From Laetmonice hystrix (lineage: Eukaryota): a DNA stretch of 64,000 nt. The notes below the pieces were generated by a model, which saw only the letters and a list, made by a program, of their open reading frames with translations, was not told the origin of the DNA and did no database searches. The stretch's first letter is position 1. Each line of letters starts with the position of its first letter. Below are positions 61,824-64,000 of the stretch, piece after piece. The stretch spans positions 62,744,001-62,808,000 of the forward strand of contig OZ249436.1 in NCBI GenBank assembly GCA_965235115.1, given 5' to 3'. Both the position numbers and the translations under genes were made by a program.

Positions 61824-64000
61824 ATATTACAATTAACTGCTCTCTTTTCCCTTTCAGAATTCTGGCTATCCTAACAGTCATAGAACTGACTGCATTTGTC
61901 AGTCTGTTAGAGCATGACTTCAGTTCAACAACTCCTTAGCTATCTGGTTATCCTTGTCCTCAACTACCAGGACTCGACCTGTGACTTAGACACCGAATGT
62001 AAACCGCATCCACTAACACAAATATAACCAAACAAATAAAACTTTGATCATATGCAACCCGTCTGAGGACGAACACTTACTAGGAGACATGTCTCCAGGG
62101 TACTCATGTATTTATGTATATGGCAGAGTTCCCTCTCAGCAGATTCTTTGTACTGCAATCCGAATCGAATCGTTCTCATAGTACTTCTAAATTCACCCTC
62201 AATAATAATATTGGTTTGTAATTTAACCATAAAAGGTCTACAATATAAAGTAGCAATATTTGATTCTTCTTACAACAATAATACAATGCGACACTGTACA
62301 GGTAGTTATTGCATTAAATCCTCGGTTCCTCACCTCACATGAAGAAAAATATAAACTTTTGCACGTCAACACCTGATCGGTAACTACCACTGAGCAGTCC
62401 CATCATAACAATGAACTTGAAATATACCACACCTCATAGAGAATGTTTCGGTGTAAACCTTACCATATTAATATCACTATAATAACACAATGCTCCTATT
62501 ATATCTTTATATCTGGTCTGAAATCTGACTCAGCACTACAAATACCTAATTCGAGGTGACTATCAACAAAATAACATCCTCACACTGTTGCTGATAGAAT
62601 TATGTAAATTTAATTACGGTATATCTAATCACAGACATTCAGGATGTTAATCAGCTGCATCAAACTACCCGGGAGCATCAAGAAGCCACGCTGCTATAAA
62701 GGTCTCATGTCATAAGGTAAGACCGCTGGTCAAAGTTTCAATATCCATAACATGGGTTCAACAAATTCTCTATTTGGGACTGTGTTGGAATCTCATAATA
62801 TTATTATATTATATATTTAAATAATTGGGTAGGTCCACTGGTACCTGCGCCGCGGTCACCAACAGATTGAGATATTGATCGAGTCAATGTTCTTACCCCT
62901 CAATACGGCAACTACACATCCTAAAAGGGGGTAAAACCACCAATCAATTACTCAACGAGAGATAACATCTCTTCTGGTCGAATTTCCTGTACCCTATAAA
63001 ATAGAAATCCTACAGAAACAAAATGTAGTAGTAGAAAAGAAGGATGACGCTTCACAATGTCGCATCAATAAGAAGGATAATACCCGTACGCTATAGATTT
63101 ATATCGGATCTGGAGACAATATTGTCATCCTTTAGAGATGGCGAAAAGTGGGAAGTAAGAAAGGGGAGCGGAAGCCGTACACTCCGAATGCAGCAGGGGT
63201 AAAAGAGGGTGTAGGATGGACTTAAAGTAAAGGTTCTGTTCCAGATGTGTACAACTCACCGAATTAGGATATGATTACAACGAGGCACGTATTTCTGCAC
63301 AAATTCACTACCTTTTACACAAACTTTAATCATTTGTTTCCAAAACCTGACTGGTTATAATAATCTGGAATATTCGGAGTACTGTTAGAATGACGTCTAC
63401 CCAGACTAATATATTGTAGCATGGTGCTACCAGAAATATGCTTGTAATGAGAGCTTAATCTGCATTGCCAATCACATAACTGCAAAATGATCAAACCTGC
63501 ATGAAATGTGACCCGTTCATCAAGGTGATGACAGTGATTACAGAGCGGTCGCCACAGGAACCGGTGATTACTTATGGCCCAATTAATCTTGCCCACTTTG
63601 TAACACATATAGTGAATCGGACTCATCTTCGTCACACAAGTCTTGCCCGCAGATGCATACCGTTACTTCTAGTGTGTTAATAAAAAAAAAGTGAAAACCG
63701 GTTTGACGGAAGCTTCCTTTTTATCAAATCTGCTTCAATAAACACTGAAAGTTTCACTGAGTGAAAGAACATCTTTTCTTTACACTGTGGTTACTAAACA
63801 CTACATAGTAATTACCGGTAACATCAAATACCTCAAGTAAAAAACTTTAGCTACTGGATCACACTTCCTGTAAACAAATTTCCTTTATGTGCATTCAGTT
63901 TAATAAATGTGTCAATAAAACTGAGGACTAGCAACGAGATAAAAACGTGGTTTTCCATAGTTCGCCGTTTACAAGGTCACTGCCCTCCCATCCCTCGTTC

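Noticed and set aside
61960-62020. tRNA-derived SINE head on the minus strand
   Set aside because: The B-box-like GGTCGAGTCC and the A-box are both imperfect. There is no cloverleaf and no second copy in the window.

Overview
This is animal (bilaterian invertebrate-like) genomic DNA, not prokaryotic, so most entries in the ORF track are chance ORFs. The window is almost entirely the 5' part of one large-intron gene on the minus strand, the ZMIZ1/tonalli-family PIAS-like co-activator (zmiz1). Three coding exons are recognisable: 56017-55955 (MNNDMDRHIQQTVDRLQCIKQ), 47511-47398 ([38 protein letters not shown]) and 30929-30824 ([35 protein letters not shown]+G). They splice in frame with canonical GT-AG sites and encode the Zmiz1 N-terminal domain. 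The next coding exon was not found, so that intron is probably >30.8 kb. The introns hold several short TIR elements (MITEs), two decayed LINE RT remnants, 28/29-bp and 30-bp minisatellites, many G/C homopolymer runs, a same-orientation CTCF-motif cluster and candidate internal promoters. The best novel lead is a diverged tandem copy of the end of coding exon 1. It creates an in-frame, stop-free second donor 75 nt downstream (adding VGCQPITNSLTSYKPTIDRLQFIRQ), and its changes are mostly synonymous or conservative. Weaker leads are a duplicated 3' splice region at the same exon, a phase-compatible alternative first exon behind an E2F/CCAAT/CRE promoter at ~12.9 kb, and a possible decayed Cys-loop receptor retrocopy at ~34 kb. 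All homology calls come from recalled family sequences; no database search was run.
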